Origin: Bacteroidales bacterium
GTDB taxonomy: Bacteria; Bacteroidota; Bacteroidia; Bacteroidales; UBA932
NCBI GenBank assembly: GCA_017615065.1
Contig: JAGAAY010000020.1
Location: 4,672-68,671 of the forward strand
Length of the DNA stretch: 64,000 bases
Direction: 5' to 3'
The first letter of the stretch is position 1. Each line of letters starts with the position of its first letter. The translations under genes were made by a program, and so were the position numbers. Below the pieces are notes generated by a model. That model saw nothing but the letters and a program-made list of their open reading frames with translations. It was not told the DNA's origin and searched no databases. Below, piece by piece: positions 1 through 9,625 of the stretch.

Positions 1-165
1 TCCAGCCTGGGTTTTATTATCGGGTATCCATTGATTATGTGGATTGGTGGAAAACTGGATTCATGGACAGATGCTCTATTATGGTTGGGTATCGGTCTCT
101 GTGTCGCTATCGTAATGGGTGTTTTTTATGTCCTCGGCTCAAAGATTCCAAAGAAAGATGAATAA
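1..165 (+). CDS. 3' end of a small membrane protein (truncated by window start)
   Basis: Frame 1 is open from base 1 (SSLGFIIGYPLIMWIGG...GVFYVLGSKIPKKDE*) with two hydrophobic segments. Its stop overlaps the start region of the next gene. Confidence 0.6.
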   Translation, partial: SSLGFIIGYPLIMWIGGKLDSWTDALLWLGIGLCVAIVMGVFYVLGSKIPKKDE

Positions 166-337
166 ACGCCAGAAACTCCAAATAGCCCTCCTGGTATTGT
201 TTGCGGCCCTATTCATTACCTGGCTGTTTATCCCAGTGCCAGTATATACCAGGATTCTCGGACTGACTGGCAATGCTCTGGGTATACTTGCAATGGTTCT
301 CTCATACAGGGCCGAAGAAAAGAATAAGAAGAAATAA
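158..337 (+). CDS. Small 2-TM hypothetical membrane protein
   Basis: ATG at 158 gives MNKRQKLQIALLVLFAALFITWLFIP...; two hydrophobic helices and a basic tail. Confidence 0.6.
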   Translation: MNKRQKLQIALLVLFAALFITWLFIPVPVYTRILGLTGNALGILAMVLSYRAEEKNKKK

Positions 338-468
338 AAAACACATGAGAACACCTCTCCGAGCATTGATGATAATCCTTGCCGCAGGTCTTCTTGTCGG
401 CCCGGCCTTGTCGTCCTGAAAATGACGCCCGGCCCGGGAAACTTCAGCGAAAAACGCTATCTTCGCAT

Positions 469-777
469 ATGCATCCGAAATTCATATTGGTATCGGACCC
501 CAAGACTCCGTTCATCGGCACTTTTGTATATGGGATGGTGGGGCAGCACCGTGACCTGGTACGCGGGTACGTGAAGGTGCACGGCGGTGGATGGTACAGC
601 AAGGACGATGCAAAAAGGACGATGACCCTGTATGGCGGTTCGGGCGACTACGGGCCGGCCAATCTTGCCTTCCTGAACCGGATCCCGTGCGAACTCAGGG
701 ACTATACCTTCTATTACCGGCCAGGCTGGAACCTTCCGGGCAACAAGTTGGACTTAAGCGACGTAGAATGGTTTTGA
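469..777 (+). CDS. Hypothetical protein with Janus/Ocnus (PHPT1-like) motifs
   Basis: ATG at 469 after TATCTTCG. Motifs KFILV...GQHRDL...GGG-x13-YGGSGDYGPA. Confidence 0.65.
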   Translation: MHPKFILVSDPKTPFIGTFVYGMVGQHRDLVRGYVKVHGGGWYSKDDAKRTMTLYGGSGDYGPANLAFLNRIPCELRDYTFYYRPGWNLPGNKLDLSDVEWF

Positions 778-802
778 CGTATGCCTTTAGCTGCGTCGAC
801 TG

Positions 803-2068
803 TTAGAATTCGCTCTGACGGAAGACCAGTACGCGTTCGCCGTTCGGACGGAAAGGGCCGGATTCGCCGCCGGCGGCCTGGTTATTATACCAGAACAGGC
901 CGTCGCCCAAATATGAGAATTGACCATAGTCCGGATATACCAGCGGGAAATACTTTTCATCATATACACCCTGCGGATCCCAGCAGAGAATCTGCTTAGA
1001 ATAATCCCTCACAGGATGGACCACATCCATCCCGTAGAGAGAGATTCGGTTGCGGCTCGCCCATACTTCCACGCCCTTCAACTCCTTGTTTACGATAAAT
1101 TGCTTCTGTTCTGAGGTCTCGAGGTAGGTGAAGCCGCCCAGAAAATCGTTCAGGATTTTGCAGTCCATATTCACGGTGTTTCCCTCCATGTCCAACAGGG
1201 TCTTATTGCCGCTGTTCTTGGTGACAACGCTCCAGCCGTCATGGAAATCGCGTGGTTCAAAACGGAATTTCGGATTGATTACCACCTTGCCGGTCTTGTC
1301 GATAAAGCCCCACTTGTCGCCGTCTTCGGTTTCCATCTTGACAGCAGCCAAACCCTCGCTGAAGCCATGAGCGGCACTATATTTCGGGGCGATGACCACC
1401 TTGCCCGCCTCATCGATATAGCCATACTTTTTCGATGTGAAATCATAATAACAACGCAGACCTTCGGAGATAGGGAACACCTCGGGAAGTCCCGACATGA
1501 TATCCCAGTGGTCGACTTTCCAGCTCAGGTTGGGATAGATAACCTTGCCGTTGCGGCCGATAAAGTTCACCTTATGATACTGACTGTTTCCTTCCTGATA
1601 TCTTTCTCCGGCCGCCAGAACTGCACCGTCCACGAAACGGTTTCCTACGAAAGCGTAGTTTTTCAAATCGCTGACCACCTTGCCGTATTTGTCCATAATG
1701 CATAACGTCCGGTTGTTATTGATGGTAACACCTTCGTCAAAATACAGGGGACGGAATGGACCGATAGGCTCCATATCCACGTTTCGTGCGAGGTAAGTGC
1801 CTGTCGTGTCAACGAAATGCCACTTATATGTTCTCTGGCCCCATTGATCCGAGCCCATGTTTTCCTTCAGCACGAAAACACCGCTGCCCGAGTATTGTGC
1901 CATTTCCACCTTACCACTGATTTCGACTATATGGGTATTGGCGGAGAAATGCAGCTTATTGGGCGCTTTCAGTTCTTCATAGTAAATACGATTGTCCTGT
2001 GCATGCAGGGAAAGGCCGGCCAGTATAAACATCAAAGCCGGAATGATTGAACGTTTGGTAAGAAACAT
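803..2068 (-). CDS. Secreted WG-repeat (KWG) protein
   Basis: Signal peptide; repeats KYGYIDEAGKVVIAPKY, FSEGLAAV, KWGFIDKTGKVVINPKF. Confidence 0.85.
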   Translation of the reverse strand: MFLTKRSIIPALMFILAGLSLHAQDNRIYYEELKAPNKLHFSANTHIVEISGKVEMAQYSGSGVFVLKENMGSDQWGQRTYKWHFVDTTGTYLARNVDMEPIGPFRPLYFDEGVTINNNRTLCIMDKYGKVVSDLKNYAFVGNRFVDGAVLAAGERYQEGNSQYHKVNFIGRNGKVIYPNLSWKVDHWDIMSGLPEVFPISEGLRCYYDFTSKKYGYIDEAGKVVIAPKYSAAHGFSEGLAAVKMETEDGDKWGFIDKTGKVVINPKFRFEPRDFHDGWSVVTKNSGNKTLLDMEGNTVNMDCKILNDFLGGFTYLETSEQKQFIVNKELKGVEVWASRNRISLYGMDVVHPVRDYSKQILCWDPQGVYDEKYFPLVYPDYGQFSYLGDGLFWYNNQAAGGESGPFRPNGERVLVFRQSEF

Positions 2069-2141
2069 GGTTATAATTACTATTGGTTATTCTTTTCGCC
2101 GCAATTTACAAAAAATAATGCATATTCTTTGGAACAATCTG

Positions 2142-2149
2142 TATCTTTG
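2142..2149 (+). promoter_or_regulatory. Bacteroidetes -7 promoter element (TATCTTTG)
   Basis: Matches TAnnTTTG and ends 7 bp before the ATG at 2157. Confidence 0.6.
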
Positions 2150-2156
2150 TGCAGAA

Positions 2157-2651
2157 ATGACCGATTTCGCAGCTATTGATTTTGAAACTGCCAATGAGCA
2201 GCCGTCCAGCGTGTGCAGCGTTGGCGTTGTCGTTGTGCGCGATGGTGAGATCGTGGACAGTTTCTATAGCCTGATTCATCCGGAACCGGAATATTATCAG
2301 TGGTTCTGCAAGCGGGTGCATGGCCTTTGTGAAGAAGACACGGAAGATGCGCCGGTTTTTCCTCTTGTCTGGGAGAAGATTATGCCGATGATTGAAGGCC
2401 TTCCCCTGGTGGCACACAACGCCCGTTTTGACGAGGGGTGCCTGAAAGCAGTTTTCCGTGTGTACAGGATGGATTATCCGGATTACGTGTTTTATGACAC
2501 GCTGGCCGCGTCCAGAAGGCATTTCGGATGCAGGTTACCCAACCACCAGTTGCATACCGTTGCCTCTGCCTGCGGCTACGACCTTACGAATCACCACCAC
2601 GCCCTGGCCGATGCCGAAGCCTGCGCCCATATCGCCAGGCGTATTCTATAA
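2157..2651 (+). CDS. DEDDh 3'-5' exonuclease (DNA Pol III epsilon-like)
   Basis: AIDFETAN (ExoI), VAHNARFD (ExoII), HHALADAEAC (ExoIII). Confidence 0.9.
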   Translation: MTDFAAIDFETANEQPSSVCSVGVVVVRDGEIVDSFYSLIHPEPEYYQWFCKRVHGLCEEDTEDAPVFPLVWEKIMPMIEGLPLVAHNARFDEGCLKAVFRVYRMDYPDYVFYDTLAASRRHFGCRLPNHQLHTVASACGYDLTNHHHALADAEACAHIARRIL

Positions 2652-2654
2652 GTT

Positions 2655-5255
2655 TCAGTCGCGGACGGGGCGGATGGAGCCCGGATCAAAGCGGTTGGCG
2701 TAGGCGAAGTGGTTATGGTCTGAAATAAGGCCGTATTGCTCTGTCAGGATCGTACAGGCGGCCTCCTGCGGGTCGTTAGGAGAAAGGAGGTTACACCAGT
2801 ATATATGTCCGGTTTGGCCTCCTGCGCCGGCCATCCCGCCTTCCTTGGGGAAGAAGAGCCAGTTCCAGTTGACTTTACTGTAGACCGTCCATCCGTTAAC
2901 GCCATTTACGGTTGCGGGTGACCATTCGAATTTATCCGTATCCCTGAGCTCTTCCCAGTCCTTATGTGTGGGAAGGCGCCATCCGTTGCCTAAAACCTGC
3001 TGCACGGGATCGTCCTGTGCGTCCAGTGTGGTCTTTCCGTCAGTGAAGCCGTTGTATCCCTTCTGGGGGTCGGTACAGTATTTTGTGATGCCAAATCCAA
3101 ACCCGCCGAACCAGTGATAGGACGTATAGAAGAAGAAATCCTTGGTCCAGGTTTCTCCCCAGCAGTAGTTGACAGTCTGGGTGGGCTGCTTCGCGCCGAG
3201 ATTTACTCTGGACCATTTGACTCCGGATGATACACCCATATCCACTTCTTCCGCCAATGCGTCATCGGCCTCGGCCACAAAACTATTGATTTCGCCGAAG
3301 CCCTCGCGCCCCTCGACGGCATAGTAATAAGTTTGTCCGGGGATAAGTCCAAAAAGCCTGGCGGTGAAATATTTGCCATGCTGGCATTTACTCAAATCTA
3401 TGGATACTATCGACCCGCCGAAATCAAACGGGAAATCTGAAGCGTCCCCGCTGGAAGGCATCGTTCGGCTTATACTTAAATAGGCATACCGGACGTCAAC
3501 GTCGTCGGATATCCATCCGTTAATGGTTGCGGTAAAATACGATATGTCCGCGGCTTCTCCTGTAATTAATAATTTCGAAAAGTCCAGCGTGGTGAAGTGG
3601 CGAACTTTGGCATAGATGGTTTCACCGTCCATGACGGCGTATGCGACATAGCTGTACCTGGTTCCTTTCTGCAGCCCGGAGAGATTGGCGGTGAAAGAGC
3701 CTTCCATATCCCGTAAGGCTACGTTTTTTGTGCCGCCGCTCTTTAGGGAGCTCAGGCTGCAGTCTCCCTGCCGCCAGATGATGCCGGTTTCGGAGATGTT
3801 GAATCCTTCGGACCGGTCTACCATCAGTTTGCCGCTCAGCGATACGGATGACTCGGTAACCGACGAGACATCTTTTGTCGCAAGAGAGTACAAACGCTCC
3901 GTGGTGCGGAAGGACTTGATGTCTCCATAGGCATACTCGCCGTTGCGATGAACATATGGAATATAATAATAGGTAGTGCCGGGGCGTAAGTTGTCCACCG
4001 AAGCCTTGAATTCACCCAACAGGCCGAAATCTCCCGATGCGGGGTACCTGGATGCGGTGTGTGCCGATACATTGCTTGCCGATTCGCTGACAATGAAACC
4101 GCAGTCCCGGCCGTTATACTGGTAATCGTCTGTGGATAGTTCTCCCAGAAGCTCCGCAGACCGGCTTTTCAGGGCGCTGGCTCCCTTGGAAACCACACTG
4201 CCGATGGGGCGTGTTAAGCATCTGGTATCGAATGTGCCCACATCGGACACACATTCTGTCCAACCCTCACTTAGAGTAACCTTTATGACATAATGATAGT
4301 CGGTATTTTCGGGAAGATTCCACAGGGAGGCCGTAATGCTGTGCCCGTCTGCTTCCAGTTCCCCGACATATTCCGATTCCCCGTTGGCGATAAGATCGTC
4401 GGCACCCGTGAGAGTGCTGCTGTAATAGAACATTGCGTATCTGAAAGTTCCTCCATTGGGGAACTCCAGATATGCATGAAGAAGGATATCTCCCGTTGCG
4501 GAAACGCCGGACTCTCCAAGAGTAATGTTGCAGGTTGGCTTTATGGTCGTAAAAGATACGACCTCGCCGAAATACTCCTCTCCGTCAAGTTTGGCGCATG
4601 CCATATACCAATACTGCCGTCCAACGATCAAATTCTGCAGATCGGCCTGGAAGGAACCGTCCTGATTCAAAGTGGCGGCGACCGATGTCTTTATCTTTTC
4701 CGGATTACTGTTGACACTGCTGTAACGGAACGATACCTGAGCCTCACTGAATGAATTATTGCCGATATTCAGGCTTCCCCTAAGAGTCGCCTGTGAAAAG
4801 CCGATATTATTTGCCGATAGGGTTGTAATTGAAACCGGGTCGGGGTCCGTGCCCGGGTCCGTGCCCGGGTCTGTTCCCGGGTCTGTTCCAGGGTCCGTAC
4901 CTGGGTCTGTACCGGGATCTGTACCGGGGTCTGTACCGGGGTCTGTACCGGGGTCTGTACCGGGGTCTGTTCCGGGGTCTGTTCCTGGGTCTGTCCCAGG
5001 GTCCGTACCGGGGTCCGTACCGGGGTCTGTACCGGGGTCCGTACCTGGGTCCGTTCCAGGGTCTGTACCGGGATCTGTACCCGGATCTGTTCCGGGCTCT
5101 TCACCCTGTCCTTCTCCCTGGTCGTCTCCTTGCTCCTGCCCCTGGTTTTGTTCCTGTTCGGTTGGGGTTTCTGTATTGTGATCATCCTCTCCCTTCGTGC
5201 ACGAAAAGGTGAGCAGGGACAGGACTAAAGCAAATGAAAGCAGCGTATATCTCAT
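2655..5255 (-). CDS. Surface lipoprotein: PGTD linker, FN3-like repeats, C-terminal Fib_succ_major/DUF1566-like domain
   Basis: Start MRYTLL...LTFSC (lipobox). Repeats of the pattern L-xx-L-xxx-T-x-Y-x-Y...YG-xxx-F-xT. C-terminus VDMG..VKW..NLGA..WGET..WRLPT..YW..IRPV. Confidence 0.8.
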   Translation of the reverse strand: MRYTLLSFALVLSLLTFSCTKGEDDHNTETPTEQEQNQGQEQGDDQGEGQGEEPGTDPGTDPGTDPGTDPGTDPGTDPGTDPGTDPGTDPGTDPGTDPGTDPGTDPGTDPGTDPGTDPGTDPGTDPGTDPGTDPGTDPDPVSITTLSANNIGFSQATLRGSLNIGNNSFSEAQVSFRYSSVNSNPEKIKTSVAATLNQDGSFQADLQNLIVGRQYWYMACAKLDGEEYFGEVVSFTTIKPTCNITLGESGVSATGDILLHAYLEFPNGGTFRYAMFYYSSTLTGADDLIANGESEYVGELEADGHSITASLWNLPENTDYHYVIKVTLSEGWTECVSDVGTFDTRCLTRPIGSVVSKGASALKSRSAELLGELSTDDYQYNGRDCGFIVSESASNVSAHTASRYPASGDFGLLGEFKASVDNLRPGTTYYYIPYVHRNGEYAYGDIKSFRTTERLYSLATKDVSSVTESSVSLSGKLMVDRSEGFNISETGIIWRQGDCSLSSLKSGGTKNVALRDMEGSFTANLSGLQKGTRYSYVAYAVMDGETIYAKVRHFTTLDFSKLLITGEAADISYFTATINGWISDDVDVRYAYLSISRTMPSSGDASDFPFDFGGSIVSIDLSKCQHGKYFTARLFGLIPGQTYYYAVEGREGFGEINSFVAEADDALAEEVDMGVSSGVKWSRVNLGAKQPTQTVNYCWGETWTKDFFFYTSYHWFGGFGFGITKYCTDPQKGYNGFTDGKTTLDAQDDPVQQVLGNGWRLPTHKDWEELRDTDKFEWSPATVNGVNGWTVYSKVNWNWLFFPKEGGMAGAGGQTGHIYWCNLLSPNDPQEAACTILTEQYGLISDHNHFAYANRFDPGSIRPVRD
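4845..5096 (-). repeat. Coding tandem repeat, 21 x 12 bp (Pro-Gly-Thr-Asp)
   Basis: 252 bp of 12-nt units varying only at synonymous positions. Confidence 0.95.
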
Positions 5256-5337
5256 GGTTGACGTAAAATCAAAACCTGTATTTCCGCGAAGATAGTTATT
5301 TTTTGTATATTTGTATGACAAAACCTAAACTACAACC

Positions 5338-6303
5338 ATGCAAAAACGCGAAATAATCATAGACCTTCTGGGAAGCGACATGGGCCCGGAAGAGATGCTG
5401 GAAGGGGCCAGGATGGTCCTGGAAGCGTTCCCTCAGACCAGTGTGGCGCTGGCCGGGCCGCGGGCTCTCATCGAGGCGGCAGGCCTGCCGGAGGGCCGGT
5501 ACAGGATTCTTGAGGCCGACAGCACCGTAACCAATCTGGACAACCCAATCGAGGCATTTTACCGGAAAGAACCCGTCTCGGTTTTCCTGGCGCTGGAAGA
5601 GGCCGGCCGCAGCGACGACGCCCTTGGCGTAATCAGCGCAGGCAACACAGGGGCATTGTTTGTGGGAGCCATCCGCTTCCTGCTTGCCGATAAAACCGTG
5701 CGGCCCTGCATGGCCGCCATCCTGCCCACCACCCAGGGCGGATTCACCTGCCTGGTGGACACCGGCGCCTCTATCGACATCGGCCCCGCCCAGCTGGTGG
5801 AATTCGCCCATCGCGGCAGCGAATTCATGAGTAAGCTTTACAAGATCGACTCTCCCCGCGTGGGACTGCTGTCCAACGGGGCAGAACCTACAAAGGGCAA
5901 TAAGCTGGTTAAAGAGGCTCATGCTTTGCTGGCTAAGGAGGAAGGTATCAACTTCATCGGCAATATTGAAGGAAATAAGACTCTCTCCGGCCTTTGCGAT
6001 GTGCTGGTGTGCGACGGATTTGCCGGAAACCAGGTGCTCAAGAATTCCGAAGGCATGGCGGTGAACCTTATCACCGAAATCGTCAGATACGGCAAGATGC
6101 ACAATGTGCCCGCAGCAGGGGAGATAGTAGGATACCTTATGTCCCGCTTCGACTTTGCCTCGCTGGGCGCCGGCATCATGCTCGGCACGAAGAAGCTGGT
6201 TCTGAAGAACCGCGGCTCATGCCGTCGTGAAGCGGTTAAAAACGCTGCCCAAATCCTTGTGAATTTGGCGGAAAACAAAACATTATACGAATCTGTTAAA
6301 TAA
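5338..6303 (+). CDS. plsX: Phosphate acyltransferase PlsX
   Basis: IDLLGSD, ISAGNTGA, LVDTGAS, VGLLSNGAEPTKGN, FIGNIEG, DVLVCDGFAGNQVLKNSEG. Confidence 0.85.
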   Translation: MQKREIIIDLLGSDMGPEEMLEGARMVLEAFPQTSVALAGPRALIEAAGLPEGRYRILEADSTVTNLDNPIEAFYRKEPVSVFLALEEAGRSDDALGVISAGNTGALFVGAIRFLLADKTVRPCMAAILPTTQGGFTCLVDTGASIDIGPAQLVEFAHRGSEFMSKLYKIDSPRVGLLSNGAEPTKGNKLVKEAHALLAKEEGINFIGNIEGNKTLSGLCDVLVCDGFAGNQVLKNSEGMAVNLITEIVRYGKMHNVPAAGEIVGYLMSRFDFASLGAGIMLGTKKLVLKNRGSCRREAVKNAAQILVNLAENKTLYESVK

Positions 6304-6310
6304 TAATGAT

Positions 6311-6541
6311 ATGTACGAAAGACTGTTAAACCTGATCAAAAAGTATCTCCCCGAAGACAAGATATCCCAGGCCACTCCCGAATCTCGCCTTCTGGCCGAC
6401 CTCGGCATGGACTCCATCGGCATGCTTATGCTCTCCATGGCCCTGGAAGAGGAATTCGGTGTTTCTTTCAAGGAGCCCGTCCACTTTGTCACCGTCCAGG
6501 ATGTCCTGGATTTTCTTGAAAAGAATGCGACGAAGCGATGA
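6311..6541 (+). CDS. Acyl carrier protein
   Basis: DLGMDSIG phosphopantetheine-attachment motif; 76 aa; ALEEEFGV. Confidence 0.9.
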   Translation: MYERLLNLIKKYLPEDKISQATPESRLLADLGMDSIGMLMLSMALEEEFGVSFKEPVHFVTVQDVLDFLEKNATKR

Positions 6542-7854
6542 AAAAGCAGAGAGACTATCAGTACGAGCTTGCCAAGCGCAAGTTCCATCGGCCCAACTGG
6601 ATTTCTTATTTCATTTACTGGTTTGCGTGCCGATTTATAATCACCCCGCCCTTCCATCCTGAATTCAAGGTAAAGGACAAGCTCAAGGGACCTGCATTTC
6701 TGGTATGGAACCACCAGTCGCGCCGCGACCACGCAATGATGACCGCATGCGCAGGGCTGCATCGGATCAACTTCCTGGCCGAACAGGCCTCCTTCTTCAG
6801 GAGCCACCTGGCGCTGGTGTTCAAGCTCAACAATGTTATCCCCAAGAAGGTGTTGAGCAACGACCTGCCCAGCCTTCGTGCCGTGTGGGACGTGATTAAG
6901 CAGAAGGGCATTGTGGCTTTTGCTCCGGAAGGCTTCGCCACCGTATTTGGCGACCAGCAGCCGGTTGTCCCCGGCACGGGCCGGTTCCTGCAGGTATTCG
7001 GCATTCCCGTGTATTCCATGGCACTCCGCGGCGGCTATCTCTCCACCGGTAAAACCAGCGACGAAGACAGGCCCGGTAAATTCACCATCGAGCAAAAGCT
7101 TCTCTTCACGCCGGAAGACCTGAAGAAGATGACGCCCCAGGAAATCGAAGATGCCCTTAACATCGAGTTCCGCAACGACGACTTCAAGTGGAACAAGGAG
7201 CATCACTACCGCTATATCTCCAAGAAGGGAATGTGCGAGAATCTGGCCGATCTCTGCTACCGCTGCCCCCGCTGCGGCACCGAATTCGAGATGCATGCCG
7301 AGAAAAACTACATCGAGTGCAGGCACTGCGGCAACAAGCTTACTCTGGATGAGTACTACGAATTCCACAAGGCTACCGAGGACTGCGTAGCACCGGAATC
7401 CATCACTGAATGGACTCACCTGGAGCGCCAGGCCATCATCGATGAAATCCGCAAGGATCCCAACTACTCCTTCTCCGTGAAGGTGAAGCTGGGCGACATC
7501 CCCAAGGACCACCTTCTCACCGATCTGAAAACCACGGAAATCTGCGGAGAGGGTGTCTATACCGTGGATCACAAAGGCGTCCATTACCGGGGTACCCGCC
7601 ACGGGGAGGAGTGGGCGTTCGACCTGGACTACAACCAGATATTCACCTATCCTTCATCCTTCCTGGTAGATGTTTTCTCCACCTATGTCGATGAAGAATA
7701 CTACGACTTCTATCCGGAATACCGCTGCGCCGGCAAGGTGACCATCCTCACCGAGGAGATGCACCGCTATCACGTGAACAAGTGGAAGAATTTCCCCTGG
7801 TTCGATTACATGTACGAAGGGAAGGAATGCGGGATTGACCTTAAGTCTGTATAA
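6538..7854 (+). CDS. PlsC-like acyltransferase with C-terminal zinc-ribbon extension
   Basis: NHQSRRD (HX4D), FAPEG, CPRC...CRHC. Confidence 0.8.
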   Translation: MKKQRDYQYELAKRKFHRPNWISYFIYWFACRFIITPPFHPEFKVKDKLKGPAFLVWNHQSRRDHAMMTACAGLHRINFLAEQASFFRSHLALVFKLNNVIPKKVLSNDLPSLRAVWDVIKQKGIVAFAPEGFATVFGDQQPVVPGTGRFLQVFGIPVYSMALRGGYLSTGKTSDEDRPGKFTIEQKLLFTPEDLKKMTPQEIEDALNIEFRNDDFKWNKEHHYRYISKKGMCENLADLCYRCPRCGTEFEMHAEKNYIECRHCGNKLTLDEYYEFHKATEDCVAPESITEWTHLERQAIIDEIRKDPNYSFSVKVKLGDIPKDHLLTDLKTTEICGEGVYTVDHKGVHYRGTRHGEEWAFDLDYNQIFTYPSSFLVDVFSTYVDEEYYDFYPEYRCAGKVTILTEEMHRYHVNKWKNFPWFDYMYEGKECGIDLKSV

Positions 7855-7862
7855 TTGCCTCT

Positions 7863-8921
7863 ATGATGAAAAGGCCGATTCTCTTTCTGTTATTTGCCCT
7901 GACGGTCTCATGCACGCCTGTGCTTGAGCGGGGCGCATGGGAGAAGGATACATATGATGCGCTGAGCGCGCTCCTTGCCGACAAGTCCTGCCGCGGCGGT
8001 TATGCCGTGTTCGATTGTGACAACACCACGGTCATTCACGACGTAACCCACACCATGATACTGTACCAGATTGAGAATCTGCGGTTCGCATCGGCACCGG
8101 ATCATCTGTTCCTGGACGGTCTTGGAGACAATGTGGATTTTCCCCTGGAGGGTCTTGGCATCAGCGCGAGGGAGATGGGACAGTCGCTTGCCGATGAGTA
8201 TTTCTCCCTGATGAATGAGATGAACGACAGCCTGTTTAAGGATTTCAGGGCCCGCTTCATCGCCTTCATCGAAGCGGTGGACGAGAGTTATGACTATGGC
8301 ACGCTGTGTCTCTGGGAACCGTCACTTGCTACCGGTTTTAACGAGGAAGACCTGAAGTCCCTTGGCCGTGAGAGCCTGTCTTACTGGCTTTCGCAGGGCA
8401 GGGCGTGGGACGAAGAGTGGGCGTCTCCGGATGGCCGGTACTCATTCACCGTTCACAAGGGCCTGGTCCTGACTCCGGAGATGAAGAATCTCTACAGGAG
8501 CCTGTCCCGTTCCGGAATTACTCCCTACGTATGTTCGGCCTCTCCCGAATGGCTCGTGGAACTCTTCTTCTCCGAGTTTGCCAGTGATCTCAATGTCCCG
8601 GCAGAGCATATTTTCGGTCTCCGCTTCGTGAACAACCCCGACGGCTCCTGGGCCTATGATGAAACCGCTATCCAACCCTTCAAAGAAGGCAAAGTGGCCT
8701 GCATCGACAAGAATATCGCCCCCATGCACGGCGGCTCCGCACCTCTGCTGGTTGCCGGCGACAGCAACGGCGACGTGGCCATGCTCACGGCCTATCCCGA
8801 CATGAAAATCGGCCTCATCATCGACTGGGGCCGCACCGGCGAAATCGGCACCCTTGCCGCCAAAGCCGACGGTCGTTATTTCTCACAGAAGTTCCCCAAG
8901 GACTCCCTGCGCGAGCCGTGA
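7863..8921 (+). CDS. HAD-superfamily phosphatase, lipoprotein
   Basis: Lipobox LTVSC; VFDCDNT (motif I), CSAS (motif II), EGK, AGDSNGD (motif IV). Confidence 0.8.
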   Translation: MMKRPILFLLFALTVSCTPVLERGAWEKDTYDALSALLADKSCRGGYAVFDCDNTTVIHDVTHTMILYQIENLRFASAPDHLFLDGLGDNVDFPLEGLGISAREMGQSLADEYFSLMNEMNDSLFKDFRARFIAFIEAVDESYDYGTLCLWEPSLATGFNEEDLKSLGRESLSYWLSQGRAWDEEWASPDGRYSFTVHKGLVLTPEMKNLYRSLSRSGITPYVCSASPEWLVELFFSEFASDLNVPAEHIFGLRFVNNPDGSWAYDETAIQPFKEGKVACIDKNIAPMHGGSAPLLVAGDSNGDVAMLTAYPDMKIGLIIDWGRTGEIGTLAAKADGRYFSQKFPKDSLREP

Positions 8922-8930
8922 AATTGAGCT

Positions 8931-9560
8931 ATGGCCGACAATTACCTTGAAAACAGGATGGAGGAGCTGAAGGGCGGGCGCCCGAAGGTGGTCCGGAACA
9001 ATAAGTCTCTGGATACGCTTCTCAAGCGGAACAGGAGCCATCGCGGTTATGATGCCGGGGTGCCGATGAACGTTGAGAAGCTCAAGGAGATCCTGTCGGC
9101 CGTGACGCTGGTGCCGTCCGGGATGAATGCCCAGTCGCTGCGGTACAGGCTGGTGCCTTCGGAAGAGGCGCCCCTGCTGCACCCGCTGGTCAAGTTAGGC
9201 GCTGCGCTGCCTCAGGAGCATCTTCCCCATCCGGGCGAGGAACCGCAGGGGTATATCGTCATCTGCTCGGAGCGTAAAGAGGATAAAGTGGTGGACATCG
9301 ACCTTGGCATCGCCGCCCAAAGCATCCTCCTGAAGGCCGTAGACATGGGCCTGAACGGCATAGTTATCCTTAATTTCAATGCCGATGCCGTACGCGCGAC
9401 TCTGGGGCTTCCGCTGGCCCCACTCGCCATCGTCGGCCTGGGAAAAGGCATTGAGCGCATCTTCCTCCTCCCCGCCCACCGCGGCGATTCCCTTAAATAC
9501 TACCGCAAAGACGGCGTGCACTATGTGCCCAAACTCACAGTGGAGGAGCTGATAATCTAG
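8931..9560 (+). CDS. Nitroreductase family protein
   Basis: RNRSHRGYD, PSGMNAQ, DLGIAAQSILLKAVDMGL, HYVPK. Confidence 0.85.
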   Translation: MADNYLENRMEELKGGRPKVVRNNKSLDTLLKRNRSHRGYDAGVPMNVEKLKEILSAVTLVPSGMNAQSLRYRLVPSEEAPLLHPLVKLGAALPQEHLPHPGEEPQGYIVICSERKEDKVVDIDLGIAAQSILLKAVDMGLNGIVILNFNADAVRATLGLPLAPLAIVGLGKGIERIFLLPAHRGDSLKYYRKDGVHYVPKLTVEELII

Positions 9561-9625
9561 GGTTATTCAAAATGGGGTGAAAGTGCGCCTACAGGTCCAA
9601 ACAATGGACCGGAAGGAGCACGTAT

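Noticed and set aside
4759-5212. Alternative-frame repeat ORFs (GSVP)n, (GLYR)n, (QTPV)n
   Set aside because: These are shadows of the PGTD repeat; variation is synonymous only in the PGTD frame.
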